Shown: positions 1-9,047, counted from the first letter of the stretch. The stretch: 64,000 nt of DNA from Euryarchaeota archaeon UBA552 (GCA_002499585.1 DAMH01000027.1:138698-202697), one strand, 5' to 3'. The notes: generated by a model not told the origin, from the letters alone. Translations and numbers: made by a program.

Positions 1-1
1 A

Positions 2-232
2 TACGCCGCGGGAACCACCGAGGAAATCTGCAACGGTTTCGCCTCCGTATTCCCAGGAAGCGGAATGCCGGGCTACTACGACAACTATGGCGCACAACAG
101 ATCAACAACATCTTCGATTTGAAGAATGATGGCGACACCACACTCGATTATGAAGCACACCTACGGGAGTATCTAACACCTGTTTGGGATGCTTTCGGTA
201 TCGAGGACAGCGATATCGGACAACTAGTCTGA
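2..232 (+). CDS. 3' end of a CDS that starts upstream of the window; hypothetical protein
   Basis: Frame 2 is open from the window edge to TGA at 230-232 and encodes ...YAAGTTEEICNGFASVFPGSGMPGYYDNYGAQQINNIFDLKNDGDTTLDYEAHLREYLTPVWDAFGIEDSDIGQLV*. I recognise no motif. Confidence 0.4.
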   Translation, partial: YAAGTTEEICNGFASVFPGSGMPGYYDNYGAQQINNIFDLKNDGDTTLDYEAHLREYLTPVWDAFGIEDSDIGQLV

Positions 233-250
233 TTAGAACAAAATTAGTTG

Positions 251-320
251 GCGGGAGGGGCAAAACCACACACCCCTAGCGATCAGTTACAGGTAATGCA
301 TCAAACCTGGCCCCTCCCGT
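251..320. repeat. Structured intergenic repeat, copy A (long hairpin with a conserved loop)
   Basis: GGGAGGGGC (253-261) pairs perfectly with GCCCCTCCC (310-318). The loop shares the blocks CCCTAGCGATCAG, GGTAAT and TCAAACC with copy B at 8984-9047. Confidence 0.6.
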
Positions 321-376
321 CAACAACACCCTTATGATTCACCTCCCATTATCGTCCATCATAGACGAGACGAGGT

Positions 377-2812
377 ATGGTATACATGAAACTGAAGAGC
401 GCTTCCATAGCAATTTTGTTGATGGCCGTCGTCCTTTTTCCGGCCGTCAATTCTGAGGAAAATGAAACGGAGAATTACTCATTCTCAGGCAATGTCTACA
501 CAAATGACGGATTTCCAGCGAATTTGACATCGATCAAGTTCAACTCAATGCAGTCCATTTGGTCTTCAGAGGGAACCTACGACTATGGAGCCGTACCCTC
601 TGGCATACACACCGCAAGGGCTTATTTTATGAATGACGGTCACACAGTTGTCTATCGGAAAGTTCTTGTTGACTCTGATACTTCAATAGACTGGTATGAA
701 GGGAAGAATTGGGCGACTTTCAAGCTACTCGATGAGCAAGGAATGCCTGTAAGCGGAGAATCCGACGCGACCGTCGAGATACTGGAGACGGGAGAGAGTC
801 TCACTCTCCATGGAGTCGTCAGTGAGCTCGGGCCTTACGACATCGGGGCTTACTACAATATCCGGGTAGATCATGGAACAGATGGTGGCCCGCACCAACA
901 CGTACACTTCAGGATGGAACCAGGGTCATCATCCAACCCGTGGCCCAATGACTTCGAGTTCCGACCTGGCCACAACAGCAAGTACGGATACTTGCTGAAT
1001 CCCATGGGCGCTCCGGTTACCGGGGCGATGGTGTCCATCGGTAGCACGAGCACGGTCACGAATGATGATGGTTTCTTTCTCCTTCAGAATTTAGAGATTG
1101 GAGTAATTGAAACTCTTGTTGCCCAACAATGGGGCATTGAAATTACAGACCCTGTCTCGGTTGAAGTCAGCGCTGGCGAAGGTTGGTTCAACCTTACTTC
1201 GACACTTGAGCCAAGGATGCCTGTGCCTGCAGAATTTACCACACAAATAACGACGACTGCCATGGAACCTGTTGACATCGCATGGGAAACTGGCTTGCAC
1301 ACTGATTTCACATCACTCTACATGAACGGGGATCTCGTCTACAAAGGGAACAGAGAAAGTTTCCTTTTCGAGCCAACGGAACCAGGTACGCACGTCTTCC
1401 AACTTGAATCATTCAATTCCAACGGTTCAATTCTAGGAGACCGGAGCCTACAAGTTGTTGTTCTACCACCCCAATCTGCTTCCGATCTCTGGTCCTCGGG
1501 GATGAGTTGGAGTTACCATATAATTTCCACGCCTGAGTACCATCAAAACAAGACATACACTGCAATCGGGACTGAAATCGTTGAAGATGCATTCGGTGAA
1601 GATCTTGATACCTACGTTCTAAGAGTAACAGATGAGGCATATGGTGAAGGAGAAAAGGCATTTAGATGGGTAGATTCAGAAAACCTCCTGAATGTCAAGA
1701 CATTTTGGTCCGATGCTCCCGAGAGTTCATCGTACTATCAGCAAGGCCACCTAGGTTGGCGATTCTCGTACAACGGCCTAACAGCGAATTTACTCTCGGG
1801 CAGCCACCCAGATTCACTGCATTTCAACCGCACCAATATAATCGGGGTGCCAGGACATCCGAATGGTTACGATGACACTCTAAACACAGTACAAATAACA
1901 GAAGGTGTGGAAATAACAACTCCTGCCGGTTTATTCACTACGACATACATCTCAATCACAGATGACTCCGACGGGGTCGTATCATGGGAGTTATGGTACA
2001 ACTCAACTGTCAGGAACTATGTCAGGATCATAGACAGAATTCCGGGTTCACACTCAGACAGCGTGATATATGATTTGACATCCTTCGATGTGCCCACGGC
2101 ACCCAGCTTCCTAACTGAGACTAACAAATTGTTCCACACTGACAGTTATGTGATACAATGGGCGGACTATCAAGGAGCCTCAAGTTATGATTTGTATGAA
2201 AATGGGGATCTTATTTACACTGGGGAAGAAACCAACTTTAGGACCCATGACAGGGAAGACGGCGCTTATGCCTATGAAATATCAGCAACAATGCCCAACG
2301 GAGAAGTGGTGCAAGGAGAGGGGATTGACATCGAAGTATTATTCATCCTACAGCCACCGGAATTCACATTGCCTGAGGAAACGATCACACACACTAGTGA
2401 TGTTTCGGGAGGTATCCTAGTCGAGTGGTCTGTAATGACGGCACAAGAAGAAACAGTTTTGGAGAGTCAATGTGGCGTAAACATCCAATGTCAAACTGAG
2501 GTTGATTCCCGTTTGATGGAGGAAATAAGTTGGTTCCAAGTAACGGCGGAAAAAGATGGAGTTACTGAGGTTCTATACAGGGGGCCGGACAACACTATGA
2601 TTTTCTCAGAGGAAGAATCAGGCCAATATCGAATCAGGGTTCAAGCCCACATAGATTCCAGAGGATCCACCTCCGAATACTCAGACTCAATTTTCATAAT
2701 TGTTGACATTGAACCTGAAAGAACCAGCTGGGGGATGATAGGATTCGTAATATTCACGCTCATAGCAGCTTTAATTCTCATGAAATGGCGAGATGAGGTG
2801 CCCGACAAATGA
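377..2812 (+). CDS. Large secreted, C-terminally membrane-anchored surface protein with FN3-like repeats; function unknown
   Basis: 811-aa ORF. It has an N-terminal signal-like segment (KSASIAILLMAVVLFPAVNS) and a C-terminal TM helix (WGMIGFVIFTLIAALILMKW). There are three modules with a recurring W...Y.(L)Y.NGDL.Y.G pattern typical of FN3-like domains. Its stop overlaps the next start (ATGA at 2809-2812). Confidence 0.8.
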   Translation: MVYMKLKSASIAILLMAVVLFPAVNSEENETENYSFSGNVYTNDGFPANLTSIKFNSMQSIWSSEGTYDYGAVPSGIHTARAYFMNDGHTVVYRKVLVDSDTSIDWYEGKNWATFKLLDEQGMPVSGESDATVEILETGESLTLHGVVSELGPYDIGAYYNIRVDHGTDGGPHQHVHFRMEPGSSSNPWPNDFEFRPGHNSKYGYLLNPMGAPVTGAMVSIGSTSTVTNDDGFFLLQNLEIGVIETLVAQQWGIEITDPVSVEVSAGEGWFNLTSTLEPRMPVPAEFTTQITTTAMEPVDIAWETGLHTDFTSLYMNGDLVYKGNRESFLFEPTEPGTHVFQLESFNSNGSILGDRSLQVVVLPPQSASDLWSSGMSWSYHIISTPEYHQNKTYTAIGTEIVEDAFGEDLDTYVLRVTDEAYGEGEKAFRWVDSENLLNVKTFWSDAPESSSYYQQGHLGWRFSYNGLTANLLSGSHPDSLHFNRTNIIGVPGHPNGYDDTLNTVQITEGVEITTPAGLFTTTYISITDDSDGVVSWELWYNSTVRNYVRIIDRIPGSHSDSVIYDLTSFDVPTAPSFLTETNKLFHTDSYVIQWADYQGASSYDLYENGDLIYTGEETNFRTHDREDGAYAYEISATMPNGEVVQGEGIDIEVLFILQPPEFTLPEETITHTSDVSGGILVEWSVMTAQEETVLESQCGVNIQCQTEVDSRLMEEISWFQVTAEKDGVTEVLYRGPDNTMIFSEEESGQYRIRVQAHIDSRGSTSEYSDSIFIIVDIEPERTSWGMIGFVIFTLIAALILMKWRDEVPDK

Positions 2813-3903
2813 ATAACAAAAAAGGATTAGCAGGCTTTCAGACCATTGTCATCCTGATATGCGCCTTTGGCGCTTGGCAGATCGTTGACTCCGGCGAATC
2901 AGACCAGATTCAGGCCGTGATTGCAGTCACAGATTCCAACGAGGTTACACATAATTTTGACAAAGAGCCGGATAGGGTAGCAATTACAAATACATATGCG
3001 GCCAGTGTAATGAGGATGCTGGACATCAACACTGATGTGATCGTCGGTGTGTCTGGTGATTTCTATGATGAGGCCCTATGGCCTGAGTTGTCTCAAAAGG
3101 CAATGATTCAACAGTCCGCGCACTCGGAAATTGACTTTGAGGCCCTTCTGGATACTCAACCCCAAGTGTACATAGTCTTCGCCACGAATGGGATGGTAGA
3201 CACAGACGCCATCAGAGCGAAATTGGAACCTGTAGGCATCACGGTCATGGCTTTAGACTTCTACAAATATGACTCGCTGAGAAGGGAGATTGGGGTCCTC
3301 GCTGAGATTTTCGGAAAGAACGATGAAGCTCAAGAACTATTCGACGAGTTTGACTCGATTGAAGAAATGGTCCAAGACAGGACATCTTCTATTGAGCTTG
3401 CTGAAAGGCCCAGAATAGTAATGGAACATCATGCATCCCTGACAAGAGATCCGGTCGTTCTCACTGGCACATCTCAATGGACAGATATGATCGAAAAGGC
3501 CGGAGGGATAAATGTCTTTTCGCATCTTCCAGGACATACGACCCATGTTGACATGGAGGCAATACTTGACGCGAATCCCGACGTATTGATGTTTGACGGC
3601 ATAGTATTTGACATTGGTTTCAACTCCTACGATCCAGAAGATCAATGCGAAACTCACATGGAATTCGTCGAATCTCGTCCGGGTTTTGACAACATGCAAG
3701 CTGTCGAACAGGACCGTATGGTAATCATGGCTGGGGAATTCGCAGGACCTATGATGATACATGGACTTCCGGAACTGGCCAAGATACTACATCCTGACCT
3801 ATTTGCTGATGTTGATACACAGTCATACATCGATGATTTCTTCGAGAAGTACCACGGTGTCGAAAAGATAGGTAAATTTGTTTGTTATTCATCGGACGGT
3901 TAA
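2809..3903 (+). CDS. ABC transporter substrate-binding protein, iron-siderophore/heme/cobalamin (FecB/BtuF, TroA-like) class
   Basis: 364-aa ORF with an N-terminal TM/signal anchor. The 'RVAITNTYAASVMRMLDINTDVIVGVSGD' region is typical of class III binding proteins. It sits directly upstream of a FecCD permease gene and an ATPase gene. Confidence 0.85.
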   Translation: MNNKKGLAGFQTIVILICAFGAWQIVDSGESDQIQAVIAVTDSNEVTHNFDKEPDRVAITNTYAASVMRMLDINTDVIVGVSGDFYDEALWPELSQKAMIQQSAHSEIDFEALLDTQPQVYIVFATNGMVDTDAIRAKLEPVGITVMALDFYKYDSLRREIGVLAEIFGKNDEAQELFDEFDSIEEMVQDRTSSIELAERPRIVMEHHASLTRDPVVLTGTSQWTDMIEKAGGINVFSHLPGHTTHVDMEAILDANPDVLMFDGIVFDIGFNSYDPEDQCETHMEFVESRPGFDNMQAVEQDRMVIMAGEFAGPMMIHGLPELAKILHPDLFADVDTQSYIDDFFEKYHGVEKIGKFVCYSSDG

Positions 3904-5012
3904 CTGTGATGGACCCAATTTCCCAGAAACATGTTGAAGGATCAAAGAAGCAAATATCCGTAATAGCCCTTACATTCCTATTCACATTACTCCTAGCAGT
4001 GGTCGCCCTGGGTTTGGGATCTTCCGTTACTCTTTCCCTGGAATCAACCATCATGATAGTCTTGGGACTTGAGGATGCCACCGAAATTCAGTCTGTCATT
4101 ATCTGGGAATTGCGGTTCCCGCGGGTTCTCATGGCGATAACAGGAGGGGCCGCTTTGGCGATTGCAGGCGCCCTTATGCAAGGTAGTCTCGGCAATCCAT
4201 TGGTATCCCCATTGACACTTGGAGTGGCCTCAGGTGCAGCATTAGGTGCCGCGCTTGGAATTATAATTGGATTTTCGATTGGGGAGACTATGGATTCGTT
4301 AGTTCAATTTATTTTCGATATGATGGGAGCTTCTCCCCCCTTATCTGGGGCAGAAACAGTGATTGTAGCAAACGCATTCTTTTTTTCACTGGTTGTGGTA
4401 TTTATCATCATACAACTCGGGAACTACAGGTCAGTCTCAGCTGAATCATACATCCTCGTTGGCATAGCGATCACCTTCATCGCAGGAGCAATCGTATCCA
4501 CAATGACTTACTTCGCAACGGATGCTCAACTCTCCCAGCTAACTCACTGGTCTTTTGGAAGTCTGGCACGTGTTTCACAGACTCAAGCCATCGCAATATC
4601 TCTCATAGTGATTATCATGATGCCATCTGCTATGAAATGGGCATGGGATCTCAACACACTCTCAATGGGCGGTGATGGGTTCGCTATATCTACGGGCGTG
4701 GATCCTGCAAGCACCCGTAAAAGAATCTTGATTTTATCCGCCTTCATGACGTCAATTATAATCTCGTTCACAGGCTTGATTGGGTTCGTTGGGCTTGCAG
4801 CGCCCCACATGAGTAGACTTGTCGTAGGCAATGATTACCGAACGTTGATACCGTGCTCGGCAGTATTCGGATCTCTTCTTGTGCTTGCTGCAGATACGAT
4901 AGGGAGAATCGTTATTGCTCCTGTGATTATTCCTGTTGGGATCATGCTGGCCATAATAGGCGGCCCCTTTTTCATGTACCTTTTGCTGCAAAACAGGGGG
5001 TTCTCAACTTGA
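3882..5012 (+). CDS. ABC transporter permease, FecCD/BtuC family
   Basis: The segment 'FPRVLMAITGGAALAIAGALMQGSLGNPLVSPLTLGVASGAALGA' is the hallmark FecCD region, and the protein is polytopic. An alternative ATG start at 3909 would remove the overlap with the SBP gene. Confidence 0.9.
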   Translation: MLFIGRLTVMDPISQKHVEGSKKQISVIALTFLFTLLLAVVALGLGSSVTLSLESTIMIVLGLEDATEIQSVIIWELRFPRVLMAITGGAALAIAGALMQGSLGNPLVSPLTLGVASGAALGAALGIIIGFSIGETMDSLVQFIFDMMGASPPLSGAETVIVANAFFFSLVVVFIIIQLGNYRSVSAESYILVGIAITFIAGAIVSTMTYFATDAQLSQLTHWSFGSLARVSQTQAIAISLIVIIMMPSAMKWAWDLNTLSMGGDGFAISTGVDPASTRKRILILSAFMTSIIISFTGLIGFVGLAAPHMSRLVVGNDYRTLIPCSAVFGSLLVLAADTIGRIVIAPVIIPVGIMLAIIGGPFFMYLLLQNRGFST

Positions 5013-5803
5013 ATGATTTACTGGACATCCAAGGACTGAAATTTAGCTGGGGAGAGAATATCGTTCTAGAGGATATAAGCCTAAAACTGGGCGGGGGGGA
5101 GCTGGTCGCTGTTCTTGGTGTGAATGGTGCCGGAAAATCCACTTTCCTAAAATGCATAAACAGAATACTGCTCCCTGATGAAGGAACTATCAGAATAAAC
5201 GGGAATGAGGTATCTGCAATGGACTTGATGGACTTGAGCAGAGCGACATCATATGTCCCTCAATCCGTTAGGACGAGTTTCCCCCTCGACGTGTTTGACG
5301 TTGTCATGCTGGGGAGGAGGCCCTACATATCTTGGCTAATATCTGATGAGGATCGAAAGAAGGTAAGCGATACGTTGAGCTACCTCGGTCTTGAGAAATT
5401 TGCGTTTCGTAGATTTGACAAGCTCTCGGGAGGTGAAAGGCAGAGGGTTGTTATTGCCAAGGCTGTGGCCCAAGATCCCCTGCTGTTTCTACTTGATGAG
5501 CCTACCAGCGACCTGGATCTCCAGAATCAGATTTCTACCATGAAGAGCATCTCGAGTATTGTTTATGATGGAACATTTAGAAAATCAGCAATCATAGCTA
5601 TACACGACATCAACATTGCAGCACGGTTTGCAACAAGGATAGTACTTCTCCACGAAGGTCGGATAATCGCAGACGGGTCTCCTCCAGAGGTACTCACGGA
5701 AGAAAATATTGCAACGGTTTTTAGGGTGAGCTGTGATATCATAACTAACCACGAAGAGGGCGGTTACCTGAGGGTAATAGTGAAGGATGAAATTCAAGAT
5801 TGA
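5009..5803 (+). CDS. ABC transporter ATP-binding protein (FecE/BtuD-like)
   Basis: Walker A GVNGAGKST, signature LSGGERQRV and Walker B LLFLLDEPTSDLD are present. The track ORF starts at 4853, but its first ~52 codons are a Cys/Arg-rich out-of-frame reading of the permease 3' end. A TTG at 5009 overlaps the permease stop (TTGA) and gives a normal ~264-aa ATPase. Confidence 0.9.
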   Translation: MNDLLDIQGLKFSWGENIVLEDISLKLGGGELVAVLGVNGAGKSTFLKCINRILLPDEGTIRINGNEVSAMDLMDLSRATSYVPQSVRTSFPLDVFDVVMLGRRPYISWLISDEDRKKVSDTLSYLGLEKFAFRRFDKLSGGERQRVVIAKAVAQDPLLFLLDEPTSDLDLQNQISTMKSISSIVYDGTFRKSAIIAIHDINIAARFATRIVLLHEGRIIADGSPPEVLTEENIATVFRVSCDIITNHEEGGYLRVIVKDEIQD

Positions 5804-6270
5804 AGGTGAAGATGATGACGAAGGAACTAACAGTAATTTTCGGGACTGAGACAGGAAATGCAGAAGACCTAGCAGATGACATAAGTGACATGGCCAAGGC
5901 TCATGGTTTAGAAGCGAAAGTCATCAACATGGAAGACGTCGAGGTCGATGAGCTCTCATCGTGTGGCAGGCTCATCATCAGCGTCAGCACGTGGGGCGAG
6001 GGCGAGCAGCCCGACAATGCCCAAGATCTGTATGACGCGGTAGAAGGTTCAGATGACGGTTCGATGAGTGGTGTCAACTTCGCAGTCCTGGCCCTCGGGG
6101 ACACTGCTTTCGAACTATTCTGCGAATCAGGCAAAGAGTGGGACAAGATCATGGAACAGAAGGGCGGTACAAGAGTCAACGATAGGATTGATTGTGACAC
6201 TGATTATTACGACTATGTCGAGGATTGGATAGAGTCCACATTGACTATAATGAAAGACGTAGAAGTTTGA
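5800..6270 (+). CDS. Flavodoxin (FMN-binding, CysJ/CPR-type flavodoxin-like domain)
   Basis: Motifs include 'LTVIFGTETGNAEDLA', 'STWGEGEQPDNA' and 'FAVLALGDTAFELFCESGK'. The likely true start is ATG at 5812, which is preceded by GGTGA. Confidence 0.8.
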   Translation: MKVKMMTKELTVIFGTETGNAEDLADDISDMAKAHGLEAKVINMEDVEVDELSSCGRLIISVSTWGEGEQPDNAQDLYDAVEGSDDGSMSGVNFAVLALGDTAFELFCESGKEWDKIMEQKGGTRVNDRIDCDTDYYDYVEDWIESTLTIMKDVEV

Positions 6271-6279
6271 GGGTTTTCT

Positions 6280-7104
6280 GTGGCAGGAAAAGAGGATTCC
6301 GATGGAAATCCCAGACACGGAGTTCCAAAAGGATCTCGAACATCGAACCAAGAGCTCCTGTATGATCCCAGCATACCAACCAGCACCCATGCTGAACAGG
6401 CCAGAACCATCGCGGAAAAGATGTCAACAGCAACGCTGTGCACTATATCAGAGAGGTCGAGCGGCGTTCCTTACGGGTCCTTTGTGACCTATGCCATTCA
6501 CAATGGCTCCCCGGTCTTTTTAATCAGCAAGCTAGCTGAACACACAAAGAACCTTGAAGCAAACTCTAAGGCGTCTCTGATGATTTCGGAAACAGGGGAA
6601 GGAAACCCCCTCGCACTGGGCAGGGTTACGTTGCTTGGCAGATGTGAGAAAGTCAACGGCGAAGATCCTGCAATGAGGGATGCTTTCCTCAAGAGGCACC
6701 CTAATGCATCATTTTACGTAGATTTCGACGATTTTTCATTTTACAAGCTCGCTATCACAGAAATCCGCTACATCGGAGGATTTGGCAGGATGTCATGGGT
6801 AGACGAGCCTGATTGGAGCACCTCTGAACCTGACCCACTGATCGAGGTGGCCGAGGGTATAATCGAGCATATGAATGAAGACCATGAAGATGCTATGATC
6901 ATAATCTGCACGGAGTTTAGCAAAGCCAAAGATACAGTTGGCGCGACCATGACCGGAATCGACAGATATGGATTTGAGATGTCGGCTATGACGGGCGAGG
7001 GCCCGAGGCCCATTCGTGTTGCTTTCGAAAATGAAGTCACTGACAGTGAGAGTGCGCGTAAGGAAATAGTCGCATTGGTCAAAGTCGCGCGGAAGAATAG
7101 CTAA
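6280..7104 (+). CDS. HugZ/ChuZ-like protein (PNPOx-like FMN-binding split-barrel plus DUF2470); putative heme-degrading or heme-binding protein
   Basis: The split-barrel region reads 'TATLCTISERSSGVPYGSFVTYAIHNGSPVFLISKLAEHTKNL ... GRVTLLGRCEKV ... FLKRHPNASFYVDFDDFSFYKLAITEIRYIGGFGRMSWV'. The C-terminal 'IIEHMNEDHEDAM ... MTGIDRYGFEM' resembles DUF2470. The start is GTG at 6280. Confidence 0.7.
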   Translation: MAGKEDSDGNPRHGVPKGSRTSNQELLYDPSIPTSTHAEQARTIAEKMSTATLCTISERSSGVPYGSFVTYAIHNGSPVFLISKLAEHTKNLEANSKASLMISETGEGNPLALGRVTLLGRCEKVNGEDPAMRDAFLKRHPNASFYVDFDDFSFYKLAITEIRYIGGFGRMSWVDEPDWSTSEPDPLIEVAEGIIEHMNEDHEDAMIIICTEFSKAKDTVGATMTGIDRYGFEMSAMTGEGPRPIRVAFENEVTDSESARKEIVALVKVARKNS

Positions 7105-7121
7105 CTAATTGAATAGGCTGT

Positions 7122-8927
7122 TCAAACATCCTTAGGCACGATCAATGGGGTGGCATTGCGGTCATCCAACAAAGGCAATCTAAGATCGGATAAGGTGGGT
7201 AAAACGTGCATTATGCAAGCATGGCCACATGCAGGAGCCAGGTAGTCCTCCCCTGTATCAGTCATGATCAGTCTGATTCCATCCCCAGCTGGTATCAGTG
7301 CGTCGATGGCCTGAAACTCCATCATCATAATTACCTCTTGACCTGGTGTCACGGTTTGAGGATTTGATCCACCGGCGTGGTACCTGACATCCATTGTAGC
7401 ATGCCCGATTCTAGTGCCAGTTGCTAGATTTTGCATTTCAACAAAAACTTGGCCCCCGTCGAAACTCGGTACAGCAGAGAGTTGAAGGGTAACAAGGCCA
7501 GAAATGTGCATATCACGATCTTGGCCGACATCCGGGCATTCTACGGTTATAGAGGGATTTCCTCCGATACCGGGTATTCCTCCTCCAATGACAGAACTAC
7601 CGCCTATGAATGCTCCATTGTTTGAACAGCTATCCAATTCTATGTGGTATTCCACTGAATCCCCAGGTGGCCAGACTTCTTCTACCCTCCATTGTCCGTC
7701 GCTCCTTTGGATCTGAGCATTCAAATCAGGTTTTGGCCCAACACCCTTGAGGTAGTACTCGAACCACTCAAAAAGATCCTGTGCCCAATCCCATCTTGTC
7801 ATGTTGCTCAGAGCCTCTAGGCCATATCCGGATTGGCTGTTGTGATGTTTTTCCCATTGATCCGGATAATCATGGCCCCATTGGCCGAACATCCCTTTCA
7901 CCTCAAAACCCGCATCCCTGTACGTTGAGTACCAATTCACGTCCGGAGGGCCTCCAAATACCTGGTGCGGATCCACATTCCAATCCTGCATGCCATGAAC
8001 CCAGTATATACTCCCATTCCAGTTCTCGAATGCCTTGTCGATATGGCTTCTTTCGTCATAATAATTCTCCATGTATGGATCTAATTCTCCCGTCAAATAT
8101 GTCACAGGACCAGCAAAAAGGCCTTCGACGATGTCAGGGCATATATTATCTAGATCGTCGAAGTTGTAATCCACGGTACTTGAGAAGTAATTCATGTGCA
8201 TCACCTGTGACCTAGCTTCCGCACTTCCGTTCTTGTAAAGAAGGGGGTGCAAGGCGGTCGTTCCCGAAACCGGTACTATTGTTTTGAGGTGTTCGCTCCC
8301 CAATGCCGCGGCCTCCCATTGAGTTGCCCCTTCGTATGATTTACCGTACAGACCGACGTTCCCGTTGCTCCATTCCTGTGAACCCAACCACTCAACAGCC
8401 GAATGTATCCCTAGGCCCTCACCATCGCCTCTGTAGTCGAAACAGCCACTACTCTCCTCTGTTCCAAAGACTGCAACTTGAGCATACGCATAACCATGTG
8501 GAACAAAATTTTCGAAGATGAATTCCCCCCTTCCTGCACCAACCACGTCAGTGGGTGTTGACTCCGCCCCTTGTAGGCCATACGAGAAGTATGGTGAAAT
8601 CACAGCAATGACTGGAACCTTAGTTCCCTCTTGTGTATTGCTAGGAAGCCAGTATGACAGGTGGACCTCTGCTGAGCTAGGTCCAGTCTCCCATACTTCA
8701 GATGTGTCTACCTCAATGGTGGCCTCCTGAACATCCAATGGATAGAAAGGCCCTGGTTCCATTACTCTACTAAAGGTCCCAGATTGATCCCATTCTAACT
8801 CATGCCTCTCTTCCAAGGACGGGTAAAAGGGCTCTTTGGAGGGGCCTTCGTCAGAATCCTTGCCCAAACATCCGGTCAGTGAGGGGGAGATCAAGACAAG
8901 TGTAACAGCCAGTACAACCGCCCTCAT
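7122..8927 (-). CDS. Secreted lipobox-containing X-Pro dipeptidyl-peptidase / CocE-NonD family (S15) serine hydrolase
   Basis: The motif 'HGYAYAQVAVFGTEESSGCFDYRGDGEGLGIHSAVEWLGSQEWSNGNVGLYGKSYEGATQW' includes a GxSYxG nucleophile elbow. The signal peptide MRAVVLAVTLVLISPSLTGC has an L-T-G-C lipobox. ATG at 8927 is preferred over the TTG at 8948 used by the track. Confidence 0.8.
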   Translation of the reverse strand: MRAVVLAVTLVLISPSLTGCLGKDSDEGPSKEPFYPSLEERHELEWDQSGTFSRVMEPGPFYPLDVQEATIEVDTSEVWETGPSSAEVHLSYWLPSNTQEGTKVPVIAVISPYFSYGLQGAESTPTDVVGAGRGEFIFENFVPHGYAYAQVAVFGTEESSGCFDYRGDGEGLGIHSAVEWLGSQEWSNGNVGLYGKSYEGATQWEAAALGSEHLKTIVPVSGTTALHPLLYKNGSAEARSQVMHMNYFSSTVDYNFDDLDNICPDIVEGLFAGPVTYLTGELDPYMENYYDERSHIDKAFENWNGSIYWVHGMQDWNVDPHQVFGGPPDVNWYSTYRDAGFEVKGMFGQWGHDYPDQWEKHHNSQSGYGLEALSNMTRWDWAQDLFEWFEYYLKGVGPKPDLNAQIQRSDGQWRVEEVWPPGDSVEYHIELDSCSNNGAFIGGSSVIGGGIPGIGGNPSITVECPDVGQDRDMHISGLVTLQLSAVPSFDGGQVFVEMQNLATGTRIGHATMDVRYHAGGSNPQTVTPGQEVIMMMEFQAIDALIPAGDGIRLIMTDTGEDYLAPACGHACIMHVLPTLSDLRLPLLDDRNATPLIVPKDV

Positions 8928-8983
8928 GGTCCACCCACAGAGACGCAAGCCAAAACCCTGACGACTGCCTGCTACTAGAAAGT

Positions 8984-9047
8984 GCGAGAGGGGCCCACAA
9001 CCCTAGCGATCAGCATTGGGTAATTGCTCAAACCGGGCCCCTCCCGG
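8984..9047. repeat. Structured intergenic repeat, copy B
   Basis: GAGAGGGGCCC (8986-8996) pairs with GGGCCCCTCCC (9035-9045) at 10 of 11 positions. The loop contains CCCTAGCGATCAG (9001-9013), GGTAAT (9019-9024) and TCAAACC (9028-9034), in the same order as in copy A. Confidence 0.6.

Noticed and set aside
4853-5008. N-terminal 52 codons of the track ORF for the ABC ATPase
   Set aside because: The Cys/Arg-rich sequence MLGSIRISSCACCRYDRENRYCSCDYSC is an out-of-frame reading of the permease 3' end. The Cys richness here is an artefact, unlike the intergenic 21-aa ORF. A TTG at 5009 gives a normal-length ATPase.
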